From Cyanidioschyzon merolae (Eukaryota): 64,000 nucleotides of DNA. Shown one piece after another: positions 35,478-47,743 of this stretch. A program made the translations under genes and the position numbers. Under the pieces are notes generated by a model. The model was not told the origin of the DNA. It saw nothing but the letters and a program-made list of their open reading frames with translations, and did no database searches. The stretch lies in the NCBI GenBank assembly GCA_000091205.1, contig AP006486.2; one strand, given 5' to 3'. Position 1 is the stretch's first letter; the number at the start of each line of letters is the position of its first letter.

Positions 35478-36854
35478 TAACTGCTATTATCTTCTCCTTT
35501 GTTTTGCGTGAGATGATCGAGGAGTCCTTTTTGTACCATTCACCGCAAGTGGGTCGTGATAATGTCGGGTTTTGGCACCTTGCGCGTATACGTGTTTCTT
35601 TCAGTGTTCCTGAATTATCAGAGGAATGTGGCATGACTGACCTGAAGGAGTTTGTCATCCGCTTGCACTGTTCTGTAAAGACTATATCCTACAGGCAATT
35701 ATTCTACAATTTATAAGGTGCACTGCATCATGATTTCGATCTCTTGCTAAAGACTGCACCGGCTGTGGAACGAAACTGAGTTGTAAGACTATAATGGATG
35801 GTGAATGGTGGATCCTGAGGTCATGGTGCAGAATGATGAACACCCTCACGGACGCGAATAGTATTCGCGCTCAATCGAAGATAACTCTGTTCGTGTACAC
35901 GATCCGTCAATCATCATAAAGAAACTATCCGGTTGCTACATCCTATGGACCATTGAACAATAGCAGTGACACTTACCATCGAATCGGTGCATTTTTACCG
36001 AAAAGAACAAAAACTAACCTCTTACTAGCAACTCTACAGCAGCTTCTTTCTTCTCTACGCTGAGCGATAGAAGGGGGAGGAGTTTTCCGTAGTTTCCGAC
36101 GTTTACGTTCTGGGCGGAAGGTCCGGCGGGCCGGACAAGTCTGCAACGCAAGAACGTCATGCTCCTCCCTGTGGCGGGTGCTGCGGTTCGACCTTTAGCA
36201 GCTTGTCCGCAGCCCAGTTTATTCGGGCACTGGGCGTGGCCCTGGTCCCGGTGATCCCCTAGCTATCGCTTCGCATTGCCGCATGCAGTAGGTCTGTCTG
36301 CGCAGTTTGCAGGCTTCCGGAAGGATGATGTTATCCGATCCCGTGTCGGATGAACCACGCCTCGAGTCGACATGCCGATTGGTATGGCAACGCGGATCTG
36401 TCTCCGCGCTTCATCCGCACCAGCGGTATAGACGCTTTTGCGGGTGCTTACAACAGGCTCGGGGCACGGTAGAATATACGAAACGATCAGTATATCCGAG
36501 AGCAAATATGGGTAATGGAACTGGGACGTGTTGCGCAGCATGATGAACGCTTTCTCGATTACCAACGTCGATCACGCAATCTGGGATCCATGTACAACGT
36601 AAACGCTTCGTCGAAGAAAAAACATATAGAACTGAGCAGCGCGCTGGACCCGCCGCAGTTCGCAGCGACCCAGGTCACCAGATCCATACACTTGCCACAG
36701 GCAATAGCGTTCTGCACGCAATGAGCGCCTCACAGAAAAGGGTCACTTTAGTCGACAATTTTGAGGAGCTCTTTTTCGTTCGCGGAAGGAACGCCAAGGC
36801 GTAGAGAGGGCCGTTAGTCACCTGTGGGAAGCTATTTGTGGCTGTGTATTCTAG

Positions 36855-37550
36855 ATGGCAGCACTGGAGTCTGTGCCGTCTGGCGACGCGGAGCCGCGTC
36901 AAACGCTGCCACGGTCCCCGAGAGGTCGGCGCTCCTTCACAGAAGCACAACGAAAGGCTGCTTGGGAGCGAGCAAAGCCCGTTCCGGGGCGCGATCCCGA
37001 GCGATGGCGATATGATGTGTACGGAAATCCAGTTTTGCGGCCCTTGCACGGCTGTTTAGGCTGCTTTTGCTATGAGTTTGACCACCGAGTACCCTACTCG
37101 CTCGGAGGCGCGACAAGTCTTGACAATTGTGACATTCTTCAAACGCGCATAAACCGTCTCAAATCGAACGCTCTAGAAGGAGTGAATATATCCAGGGAAC
37201 AAATCCGCCAGTATGCATGTGAAGACGTGTCAAATGTCATTGACATGGACGCCATAGAGTTCGCGGTTTACGGCGACGTGCGCCGCGAGGGGCTTCACTG
37301 CCGTGCATACAGCTTGTTCGAGAAGGTCGCTTCCGAAATGCTGGTTTCCACCGGGCGAGTATCCAGGTTTGAAAGCGGATCTCCAGCAGTAACGGAACAT
37401 TCACCCATGAAGATATCTCGTCAAAGCAACATCCCATCATGCACCGAAGCGTTGAACCGTACTCCACAGCAGCAAGGCATGAAACCAGTACCGAGTCATC
37501 CTGAAATACCGATTCCACCCGCTTGGCTCTTTCTTCCATCCTTCTCGTGA
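36855..37550 (+). CDS. HNH-nuclease-domain protein (231 aa).
   Basis: The stretch ...RDPERWRYDVYGNPVL...CLGCFCYEFDHRVPYSLGGATSLDNCDILQTRINRLKSN has the HNH signature (Cys pair, DH, ...N...L....N..K). The C-terminal half is Ser/Pro-rich and low-complexity. Confidence 0.5.
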   Translation: MAALESVPSGDAEPRQTLPRSPRGRRSFTEAQRKAAWERAKPVPGRDPERWRYDVYGNPVLRPLHGCLGCFCYEFDHRVPYSLGGATSLDNCDILQTRINRLKSNALEGVNISREQIRQYACEDVSNVIDMDAIEFAVYGDVRREGLHCRAYSLFEKVASEMLVSTGRVSRFESGSPAVTEHSPMKISRQSNIPSCTEALNRTPQQQGMKPVPSHPEIPIPPAWLFLPSFS

Positions 37551-38224
37551 AATGAAGTGGTATCTGGCTGCTGGTATAGAACCTGCTAAACCACTACCCA
37601 CTAAAATGCATTCGAGTGTATATATATGCCGGTGCACAAGTGAGCTAATTTCTCATCGCCATTACGATCCAGCGTTAATATTGCCATCGAGATCCAGAAT
37701 ATGTGCAGGAGTTGCGACCGTTTCATGCAGCAATCAGTCTGATAATTACGTCCAAACTCTGAAAAGTGCAATCGATCCCAAATCCGTCTGGTCTGCTGTA
37801 ACTGCACCTTCTGAGCAATAAAGTGCCGCAGCGTTTCACGTTCTGGGTTAAAGCTTGCATTCTCGATTGGTGATCAAGCATGCAAACATGCGGCTGAGCT
37901 ATAAAAGTGAGAATCTGCGATATGCCGAAACTGATGTATGCAACCTCCTCGAGGAGATCGTGCACAGATGGGGCAGCCTGCACTAGAGCTGCAGTTGCCC
38001 AGTCGGCATCTAACATCGGCTGAGCTCGATGACAGCGCGTCCCGGCACACAGCAGAAACTACAGTCCTGTGCGAACTACCTCACAGGCGCACCTTCGAGA
38101 AGCAGAGAACCATCATCGTTAAGACGCGACTCACCTCTCCCACGCCGAGCTCGTTCCACCTCGCATGAAGACATCAAATGCCGCAAACATTGGCGTTGCT
38201 ACATCAGAATCGCTTCCACCGCCG

Positions 38225-39094
38225 TTATCTACTAGACGAGCGTGAACCGGCCGTGAGTTCAAGGGCGCGCTCTACGCTCCGCCATTGCTCTGCGCTTAGT
38301 GCCTCGTCGGGCTCAGCGAATTGCAGCCTCGATAGCCAGAGTTTCGCTGATTCTAATGAAAAGCCATACTTGTTCTGCAGAATATCCAAGCCTTCACCTG
38401 TGCAAAACTTTCTCTGTAAGGGCTCAATCTCACGCTTTAGTTCCGATACGGCGGCTCTTACATGTGCATCATCTCGACAAACAAGCACAAAAGCCGGCCA
38501 TGAAGGCGCATATTCGCCGACAAGGCGAATCAGACCCTGTCGTGTAGCTGCACACTCCTTTGTGAAACACGTTTCCCAGAGGAACATGTCGATGTCACCG
38601 GCAACTGCGGCCTGTATCAGACCATCGAAACTTCCGCATTCGAAGCTCTTTAGTATATCATTTTGAATACCTGTAGAGATCCAGCCACGATCACTAGCGA
38701 AAACAGAAAGAAGTAGATGGCTTCCGGAGCCCCTTCGGGAGAATCCCGCTCGGATGCTTTCTCCGCGAAGCACGGCCGCATCCAAGCTATTCAGATCAGT
38801 CCAGTCGGTTTTCTTGGAACTCACTGCGACTCCCCAGGCTAGAGGAGAAGCAACGTATACAGAGTGCACAGCGAGCCCAGAGGCAGCTGCTTTTGTGCGT
38901 GCCACAGCGCTCTCGGTAAGTGTAACCGCTACGTCTAACTCGCACTTCGCCAACATTTCGAGCGCGGCACCGCTGCCACCTGCAACCCCCAGAAACTCAA
39001 CCTGTAACTTCGTGGACGGGAGAGCGCCCTCCTGGGCTTGCATAAAAATCTCGTTGAAAGGCTCGGGCACGCCGCCAACTCGTAGTAAAGTCAT
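38225..39094 (-). CDS. Periplasmic-binding-protein-type-II-fold protein, NMT1/THI5-SsuA-like domain. The assignment is tentative.
   Basis: The N-terminal LLRVGGVPEPFNEIF...LQVEFLGVAGGSGAALEMLAKCELDVAVTLTES resembles the VEF...G...LE.L..GE.D core of the SsuA/NMT1 family. I have no stronger signature. Confidence 0.3.
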   Translation of the reverse strand: MTLLRVGGVPEPFNEIFMQAQEGALPSTKLQVEFLGVAGGSGAALEMLAKCELDVAVTLTESAVARTKAAASGLAVHSVYVASPLAWGVAVSSKKTDWTDLNSLDAAVLRGESIRAGFSRRGSGSHLLLSVFASDRGWISTGIQNDILKSFECGSFDGLIQAAVAGDIDMFLWETCFTKECAATRQGLIRLVGEYAPSWPAFVLVCRDDAHVRAAVSELKREIEPLQRKFCTGEGLDILQNKYGFSLESAKLWLSRLQFAEPDEALSAEQWRSVERALELTAGSRSSSR

Positions 39095-39896
39095 TATGAA
39101 AAAAGCACGTCCTCACAGGAAGAAAAGCCAGTACTCAATATACCTCTTCGTGCGCATCGTTGTAGCAGGACGGGCAGTTCTCCATGGGACTGTTTCAATG
39201 CATTGAAAAGAGTGTCCTTGGATCCAGAGAGCTAAAAAGATATGAAGCAAAACGAAACCTTCAAGGTAGGTAGGAGCCATTGCTGTTGTCCATGGACCGG
39301 CTTTGACGCGTTTAGGTGGATGTAAACGTACCCCGCAGCATGACCACGTAAGGGAACCAGAGGCGTCCCGATAGGCGATAGCCGTTGTGATGGCTTCTGG
39401 AGATAGAACGCGCTGACTTACATTCAGGCCGCACGCTGGGTCGTATACGTGAACGTGCTGACTGAGAGAGCCGGCTTCGTTCAAGGACAAGGTGCCCAGA
39501 GCTGCATTCCAGTGTGCCAAAGGCGTATGTGCCATGCTCTGAGCATCCGCGGGAAAACGAGAAGACTCGAGGATGCACGAGGACTTTGTCCAAGCTTTCG
39601 ATCTCGATTCCTATCGAGCTGCAACTTATGCGATGATCGAGTTGGGCCTGCAAGCTGGTCTGGAGTCGGACATGGAAACTTGTCTTTTCATGAAGACGTC
39701 ATGAATCAAGATCCAACCGCTTAAAGTAGGAAAGCTACATATATTTTGCTCCTACGCAAAACTGGAGCGCGAAATTTGCAGCCCACGTAAAGCTGTCTCC
39801 ATGAAGCTGCCTTCCCGAAAAAATTCTCCCCGAAGCCATCAGTTTTCAGCACAGAGGACCATGCTCCGCCGAGATCCATGCTTGTCCGCGTACCTG

Positions 39897-40691
39897 TCAC
39901 ATGAGATGCTGGTATCGCCACAATTTGATGCCCAGAAAAGTAGACGCAATATACGCCACCGTCCACCCTATACTCTCAATGATGGTCATCGCTCGCCAAT
40001 ACGTCCGCAAATTTTTGGCATTATTCTGAATCCATCCGAGACGTGTCCAACCGTTGAATGGAAACGGGAAGCTGACGATGCTCATCACAATGCAGAGCGC
40101 CGTGATGATACCGAGTATGCAGTACGATGCCTTATAATAAGTCGAGTCATCTTCCGCGCATGCTCTGAAAACTGTGAAATAACCGGCAGACAAGACAAAA
40201 AACCCCAAAAATACGTTAAGCAAAGAGACCACCCACTGGGCCCACGGATTTGAGGCTGCACCACGGGCTGCGAGAACAGTCCATGTTACCCAGTTCAAAA
40301 CCAACAACACCATAGCGTACCAAAAGAACCAACTGTACAACGCTGGGTTTGCTCGGACTAGAGGCACCAGCTCCGACAAATCTATGTGCACAACGTGGAA
40401 TATAGCCGGCCAGTTCGGTTTGTCCCACTCGATCCCTTTTCCAGTTACGGTGTTCGCGTTTCGAATAGGTACCGGGGGTGGCACCCGGCTGGCCCCTTCT
40501 GTGGCGTCCTCACCCATTTGAAACTCTTCCGGAAACCCAGCACCATGACGTTCTAGGGTGATCTTGCCACCAACTTTTTGGATCCAGCTCATGCCTCTCT
40601 GTAAAGACCCGTTGTGCTTGTAGGAAGTCCAAAAAAAACTCAGCCAAGCGAAGTGGATAAAAGTACAGCGGCGCGGCTCGCGCGCTTCCAT
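39897..40691 (-). CDS. Secretory carrier membrane protein (SCAMP)-like protein with four transmembrane segments.
   Basis: A KPNWPAIF motif (compare the SCAMP NWPP motif) is followed by four hydrophobic segments spaced as in SCAMPs, with an amphipathic segment after TM2. Confidence 0.5.
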   Translation of the reverse strand: MEAREPRRCTFIHFAWLSFFWTSYKHNGSLQRGMSWIQKVGGKITLERHGAGFPEEFQMGEDATEGASRVPPPVPIRNANTVTGKGIEWDKPNWPAIFHVVHIDLSELVPLVRANPALYSWFFWYAMVLLVLNWVTWTVLAARGAASNPWAQWVVSLLNVFLGFFVLSAGYFTVFRACAEDDSTYYKASYCILGIITALCIVMSIVSFPFPFNGWTRLGWIQNNAKNLRTYWRAMTIIESIGWTVAYIASTFLGIKLWRYQHLM

Positions 40692-41184
40692 TCTGAACGC
40701 ACAATCGTAGAGCCGTTACGCGTTCATCGATAGTGTGGGATATCGATGAGGGGATAGCGGGATCCCCCATATGCACAATGATGATGGATGTCCAGGTAAG
40801 AAGCCACCATCCGACCTGGGCCCGCTCAGTTCCAGTCTCCGCTAACAATACCTCCGTTCAGAGATGGTACAGTCTTTCAACTCGAATGTGTTTTAGCCTC
40901 GCTGCGGTGCATAGCTTGAGATCGAATTCAGTATGCAGTGTAACCAATAGATCGGGGACGAATTGACTGCAGCTATGCATTCTTCAATGACCGGCGCACG
41001 GAGGACTGCATTCCTCCTCCTTCAGTTCAGACATACTACAGTACACAGATGGTGTAGGAGCACTGACAGAAAGAAGTAAGTGCGCTCCGCGCCAAAAACC
41101 GATATTCTCAAAGACTGGTTGAGGTCAATTGTAGAAAACGACCGATTGGTCATCTTGCGGAAAGCAAAAGCGACGTTAGAATCC

Positions 41185-42160
41185 ATCCGGGCGTCTCTGT
41201 TTCCCAACAGCTTGTTCGTATGCTACTGAATACACTGGGATACATTCGCAAAAAAAGCAGTCAAATTTCATGCACAGCCATCTTCCACCAACATCACAAC
41301 TACAGAGTTCCTCGAAAGTCGCCATGGTTGTGAAGAACAGAGATGTCGGTATGTTTTTTCCGTCGATGTGACTTGCTTCAGATGAAACAGTCGGCACGAA
41401 TATGCGTATTGGCTCAGAGCAAACCCGCTGTACGTACGATCGAGCTGGTAGGGAACGAGGACATCTTCATCTGTTCTAGTTCAAGAGGATTCGTTTGGCG
41501 CCGTTGGTTTCGCTCGTAGAGAGGGTCCATACAACGGCATTCAGTATGTCCAACTATTGAAGCCTTCTCCCCACGTCTGATAACGCCCCTCTATTGCATA
41601 AAGTTGCACTTCATCATTCACGTCGCGTTCCAGCTTTTGCTAATTCTGTCGGGGTAGAAGTGGTTTTCACTCCTCCGTACTCTCCGTGGTTCGACCCCAT
41701 CCATGGAGTGCTTCCCGTCGAGAAACGTAATGATCGCTCCACTGGGCGCATTGCTGAAATGTTCAGTACACGGTAACGCTGATATGCATCCCGTCTTTCT
41801 TCCGTAAGTTCTTCTTTATCATCGGGAAGGTCCCACCTAAGTGCAAGAAGAAGTGCGTTCATTTCAAGAAATGAAAATCCAGTGGATGAGCTTGGGTTTA
41901 AACTTCAGAAGGTCGTGATGGCGAGCAGGCAGCGGAGCGCTTCGGCGATAGAAAAGCACGGGGCGCTCACGGAGCATCGGTTGGCACTGAGAGCAAGAAG
42001 CTTAGGAATCCGTGAAGTGATGCGTTCCATTAGTGGCAATGAGCCTATAGAGTTCGGGAATCGAGACTTGAGTGCTGCCATCAATATCAGGAGATGTGCG
42101 GTGCCGGAGAAGAGACTCGAGGATCTGACGCGATCCAGCTCCATGGGGCAGCCTCTCAGG
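41185..42160. repeat. Right arm of the inverted repeat.
   Basis: As for the left arm. Confidence 0.85.
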
Positions 42161-43466
42161 ATCGAAGCGTTCCTGCGTAAACTGGAAGCGATAGAATGCA
42201 ACCGGCCAAAAAGGCTAGCTGGCGTCCGTGCGTCGGTATTAGTTGCCCCGATATGGTCGTGGGGCATTTTTGGTTCCATTGACCGTATAATGGACAGGAG
42301 CGGAGGTTCTCGAACGGATCGATTCTCCGATTTGTCAGCGGAGCGCCCGTGTAGAGGTGCATACGGTGGTGCGAAAAGTGTTCACTGTAGGGTCGGCCCA
42401 GACGAGTCGTTGGAGTGAACTTGCCTCTCTTCTGATGATGACTATCGGTCTGGAGCTCTAGGCGCGCTAACGCTTTCGAAGGGTTTCAGCGCTGGCTTCC
42501 GTAGAGCTAGGCAGCACTCATGTTTTGCGGGGCATCCGATTTGCTTCATAGAATCTGGCTAATGAGTAACTGGGAACGGGAGAGGCTAGTACTAAGCGTT
42601 TCTCGTCGGTTCGAGTCCCCCTGAAATTAGCCACACTTATATCGAATTACGGGCTTCCACACAGACGGATAGCATGCTTCACCAAATGGACTGAACTGCA
42701 AGTTGCCGAAAGCGAGCTGCACCTCAAGGCCATGTTCTTCATGAGGTACGGGAATCAGGAGCTGTGTCGCGTTGCTGCAGAGCAGATCCACCTATAGTAG
42801 ACAGCTCGGTTCGAGAGCGAGTCCAACCGCTACGCAGAGCTCGCTGTATTCTATGATGCACCTTGAGGCGATCGGTTGCACCCCGAACGATGAGACTTCT
42901 CAGCAGTTTACCGTGTATCATCCGAGACGACCACAAAATGGATGTGGAGCAGCGTTCAGACTGAGGCTTAGTTGCGCCTCTCAAGCAAGTGACGATACCA
43001 GTAATGGAGGAGAAGTTGTCGGTGGCCCTGCTCAGAGCAACGAGCCTATTCATGCATGTTCGTTGAGGTTCGTGCAGGTCCGTCGAACGCGCTCAAAGCG
43101 GTCGTTGCATCATCCGTTTGACCTGGCTTCGTATGCTCGCGTGCATGTCTTATTTGATGCCAACCAAACAGTTGCTTGTACTCTTGCGCTGGTTTCGGCG
43201 CTAGTGCTCGACCAGTTTTGTATTCCCTGCGTGGTCGAATAGCGCCTGAACACACGCACTAATCTTGATAGGCACAATGAAACCTCCGCTAACTTCCCGA
43301 ATAAGGGCTGTGGCGAGTTTCTCTTGTTTCCACAGCGGGTCTGGAGGACTACTTGTTGTTGACCGAGGCAGAGGCTTCAGTCAAACGTCAGCTGCGTTTA
43401 GACTTTAGTGCAGCTTCTTTTGTAGGACCCAAGTCAATTTTCGATACCCCTCTACGGGCAGAAGCG

Positions 43467-45386
43467 CTACTGCTTTGCATCAAGAGATGCCGTTTTGTGC
43501 ACGGACTCTGCAGTGGGCGGGGCACTATGCTTCAGCCGCTTAGGCCAAGGGCGTTGCCATTCTCTGCTGCTCCAGGCGTCTAATTTTGCCGGCGACTCGC
43601 TCGCTGACAGCTTATCGGTTTCTCGCCTAATAGTGATGCGATCAAGATAGATCGCATCATCACATCCTATGCGAGCGCGTACGAGCGTTGGTCGAAAACT
43701 AGTTCTAACCATTGTACTCTGGTCACAAAGTGGAGTCGAGTCTGGGAAACACATGAGCCGCTTCGGGCCAACAGCTGGCGTGTCCGCGATCCGCTTCATG
43801 CCATCGGAGCTCATCCTGGACGCGCTCACCACAAGAGAGGTTTGCTCCTCGGGATGATTCTTGGACGCTGCAGCGTCGAGGATAGCGTATGCCATTGGCG
43901 TCGTCAGACGCGCGATCAGCGTGGATGCGCAGCGTAGCGGCTTTCGTAAGCGCGACGCCTCAAGCTCCATTGATGGTGCAGGACGCGCACCCTGAGGGAT
44001 ACTGCGTTCGGCAGTGATGTTTCCAAGCTGCGAACGCTCTTGTACGGAATGCGATAGACTTGGATCGGCCCACAACGGAATTCCGTGCACCCTCCAGTCA
44101 AATGGATTGATACCGTCACGAAAGAAACCCCCTGAGAAGTACCGAAGTCTTCGGAACGCTTGAAAGCCTTTCTCATCAAAGCCGTAGAGATCTCGTTTCG
44201 GAGCTGCAACAACAGAACCAGCGCTGCCGCTATCAGGGGGTTTCGCGGCGCTCGTTGCTCGAATCTTTGTGACGGAGGTTCCCGAGTGATCGCTAGATGC
44301 TTTCTCTTCGCTGCGCCTTCTGTGTGCACTGTTCCATTTCAAAACCCCTTTTCGGGCTAGTTCCGCGATGTTCGTCAAATGGCGATAGAGATCGGCCCCA
44401 ATCGGCGTTTTCAGTGGCAGGATCTTGGCAGCTTTTTGAATGAGCTCAAGATGCGGGTAGCGTAACTGCAGCGTGGCCAATTGACTCGAAATTGTGAAGA
44501 GAACGAGGTCGAGTTTGATCCGCTCTCGTTTCATGACCTGTTCCATGATCGTTCTAACTCTCTCCATGTCTTGCCTGATCCTGCGTAATCGTTTGTAATT
44601 GTCGAACGTGTTTGATCGAGCTCGCCTTTTCTGTTCTTCATCGTTACGTGGCCTGAAAGCTACCGACGGGTCTGGATTGTTCACATCGGGCGGATCTCGA
44701 AGATAACGTAGAATCGGTTGACCGCCACGCTGCTCACGTTTCCGTCTCCAGTGCATGTATAGTGCATCTATATGCTGCTCATTTAAGCCGAGAGTGGCGT
44801 CTTTCATTAGCTGGGATTTGGCGCTGTTCGGCGACATGAGCGTCCGAGCGGTACCCTGCTCTTTTTCCAGAGCGTCCATTGCACGCTCGAAGGTGTCAAG
44901 ATCGATACATAGTTCATTTTGCGCGAAACGCTTGTCCCCATCATCAGCCTCGTAGTCGATCTCTCGCTCGAGTAGGGCCCTGTCGTCGGCGCGTGCATCT
45001 ACGTAGGTGTCGCTCAGCTGGAAACGGTTCCGCACTTGCTCCAACAGAGCCTCGGTGTAACACGGAATCTCCCGAATGACGGGTACGGGTATGATAACTG
45101 TGCGCCTTCCGTCTATATGATCGCATGATGCGCTCTCCGCATCCTCCTCTTGTGCGGTGGATTTTGTCTCTGCGCGTTTTATGCGCAGATTCATAGATGC
45201 TAAGAGCGCTTCTTGAAGATGGCGTTCTCCAAGCTCACCTTCTTCGACTCCAGTGCCATATTCTGGCAAGGCCCGCTGAGCGGAGACCACTTCGACATCG
45301 GACTTGAGGTCCGCATCTGAGCGGATGATGAGCAGAGGGCGTTGCAGGTCAATGGCCCTCGGCCGGAAGAGCGCGCGGCGTGACAT
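43467..45386 (-). CDS. EPC1: Enhancer of polycomb-like protein (EPL1/EPC, a NuA4-type HAT complex subunit).
   Basis: The N-terminus MSRRALFRPRAIDLQRPLLIIRSDADL parallels the EPC1 start (FRARALDASKPLPVFR.EDL). Further blocks VIIPVPVIREIPCYTE, HIDALYMHWRRKRE, DPSVAFRPRNDEEQKRRARSN and RLRRIRQDMERVRTIMEQVMKRERIK follow the EPcA domain order. Confidence 0.8.
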   Translation of the reverse strand: MSRRALFRPRAIDLQRPLLIIRSDADLKSDVEVVSAQRALPEYGTGVEEGELGERHLQEALLASMNLRIKRAETKSTAQEEDAESASCDHIDGRRTVIIPVPVIREIPCYTEALLEQVRNRFQLSDTYVDARADDRALLEREIDYEADDGDKRFAQNELCIDLDTFERAMDALEKEQGTARTLMSPNSAKSQLMKDATLGLNEQHIDALYMHWRRKREQRGGQPILRYLRDPPDVNNPDPSVAFRPRNDEEQKRRARSNTFDNYKRLRRIRQDMERVRTIMEQVMKRERIKLDLVLFTISSQLATLQLRYPHLELIQKAAKILPLKTPIGADLYRHLTNIAELARKGVLKWNSAHRRRSEEKASSDHSGTSVTKIRATSAAKPPDSGSAGSVVAAPKRDLYGFDEKGFQAFRRLRYFSGGFFRDGINPFDWRVHGIPLWADPSLSHSVQERSQLGNITAERSIPQGARPAPSMELEASRLRKPLRCASTLIARLTTPMAYAILDAAASKNHPEEQTSLVVSASRMSSDGMKRIADTPAVGPKRLMCFPDSTPLCDQSTMVRTSFRPTLVRARIGCDDAIYLDRITIRRETDKLSASESPAKLDAWSSREWQRPWPKRLKHSAPPTAESVHKTASLDAKQ

Positions 45387-47743
45387 GGTAACTAGAAGAA
45401 GCTATATCAACTAGTACAAAACAGTACCAGGAGTCAACGCTCCCGAGCCTCACTGAGCGCCAGCCCCCCGGTACTGCGGGAAGCGAAGTTTTGCAGAGCT
45501 GTAGCTTCAGACAGTCCAGATCAAGAGCCTTTTTCCAGGATATTGTATAGTCCTGTTTGCGCTCAGGGGTTTTTCTGCCGACAAAAACCCGAAAAACGCC
45601 TCTCCCACAGGGTCTCCAAAGAACGTGACGTTTCAGAGTGTCACGCGGTTACCGTACCGCACCCATGGGTATGCTGCCCCCGCCAACCTCTGTCGCCGGT
45701 TGGCTCTTAATGACTATAAGAGTCAACCAGAGCGACCGTTCCAATCAGAACCAAGATTTCAAAAGAACTCAACGATAAGCTTAAGTAGACACGCAGCTGT
45801 GGCGTTGTAAGACGGATTAAAATTGCATGACTCAACTGCGCGCTCTGCTCTAGCCTTTCGATTTTTTCAAAGTTTTTGAAGATATGCAGCATCGACATTC
45901 CAAGAGCAACAGAAAAGGTACACGGGTTCATAAGCAATTCTCGGATTCTCGGACGCCTCTTCAGAGTGGCCCTTTCTACTCCCTGCAGCTGTGATTCGTT
46001 GCGTCACCGTCATGAGCATGACTCGCGACGCACTCTGAAATAGTTGCGTCCAAAAACCGATGCTGTTATCCATTTATTGAGTGCAAACCTCCATTCTACC
46101 CCTTTACTTATGTGTATCATGTCGAAATCGCACATTGTCCAAATTTTAGGTCTTCCTGCTTCAAGGCAACTCGTGGGCGCAGCAATTCGCGCCGCGGGAT
46201 ACACAAGGAATACGTCTCGACATCGTTCTTGAACGACAGTTGACGAGCTTCTGTGAGAAGCTACGTGCACTTTTCATGTCAAATTGTCGGTTCCACTCTA
46301 AAGACCAGTTCGCCTCAGTTCAAGGACATCCACGAGACAAGCATTCTGAAACAGCATGATAGCTTTCACGGTGCATGCACCGAGAAGCGTCCCGCTCTTT
46401 AGTTTGCATGAAAAAAAGAGTCTTGGTTTCGGAATTAAATCACCGCATCGATCGCTTCTGATGAAGAGCGTGTCACCGCTTTGCAAGAAGAAAACCCAGA
46501 CGGATTTAAGTAGCTCGATTGCTTGTTCAGTCTGGGTTTTCGTCACGGCATTTGTTTCATCGAGGACTGCATCGGGCTCCACAAACCCGATATCGGATGT
46601 GACAGTGTGCGCTTGCACGAGCAGCGCACAGCGCACTCCCCGGGAGGATCGCTGCTAATAAACCCATGATCATAGGGTACTGCATCGGGTGCGGGTACGG
46701 AGGAGTGCATTGCGGAGAGCCACGTGTCCGAATCAAGCGCATAAAACGAGCCCTGACGCAAGCGCTCTCGCGCCACAGCGCAGCGCTTAGAGCAGGTGAT
46801 GTTGTGGACATAAAGGAAAACCTGGGCATGTTCAACAGTCACCGTCGCGAAGCGCGCACCGAGGCTGTATGCAAGGAAAATGAAGAGAGCGAGCGAAGCA
46901 TAGATCGGAAGAAACTTCTGTGCATGAAACGCTCGTACGATAGACGGAGGCTGCTAAATCGAGAGTTGAATGCTACTATAACAGCCTTCGACTGCTGACA
47001 AGATAGCTGTAAGAACGAGAGAGATCGTCGTTTCAAAGATGGATATAAGAGAAAGGAAATCTAGTCATAGCAGAAAGAAAAGCCCGCTGAGGCTAGTGTT
47101 GATGATAGTGGTAAGTGTCCGAAACTTTAGCTCGTGTGCCCGAATTAGTGGAACCGCTCCACTCCAGTCTAATATTCCTGTAGTCTGTACGAAAAAACGC
47201 TGTCCGGATGATCTGGAAGCATAACGCCGCAACGGCCATGTAAGCAAAAACGCTGATTGACGAAGGTGCTTGCAAGCACCGTGAACTAGCTACCAGTCAA
47301 AATTGCTCTGTGCTTAGAACATGGGCGAGAGAGGCAGACCATCAACGCTTCGCCTCGGGTCGAGTGCTCAGGTACGCTCAGTCGCTCAGGGGAGACACGT
47401 ACACACAAGTCAGCATTCCGTGAACCAGATGTTGCTTTTGGGACATGATCGTCGCCGTCATCCGTGACGCTTCGACTTTCGTGCGTCCGTGCCACAGCTC
47501 TCGTGGAATGCACGTTTTCAGATATTCGATAGGCCATCGCGAAGGTTACAGTGCATGGCGCACTCACGAAAACATATTCAAGGGTGAGCGATCCGCAGGC
47601 AACAGAGTCGGAATGCGATCACATTCTAGGACGATCCGCGAGTCGATCCGGTATGATGGAGAACGGACTCTGGTGTGTAATTACGATTTCTCTGGCTTCA
47701 TATTTGGCTGCAGTGACATATAATTATTTATTAAAGCCTATGC

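Noticed and set aside
34508-42160. I considered a Polinton/MULE-type DNA transposon reading of the IR-flanked cassette.
   Set aside because: There is no transposase, integrase or polymerase ORF. The cargo includes an obvious host gene (SCAMP). The IR edges are graded rather than sharp, and I could not see a target-site duplication. I kept it as a low-probability alternative in the findings.
42585-42615. There is a GGTTCGAGTCCCC T-loop-like motif.
   Set aside because: The adjacent sequence cannot pair into T or acceptor stems. It is a chance match.
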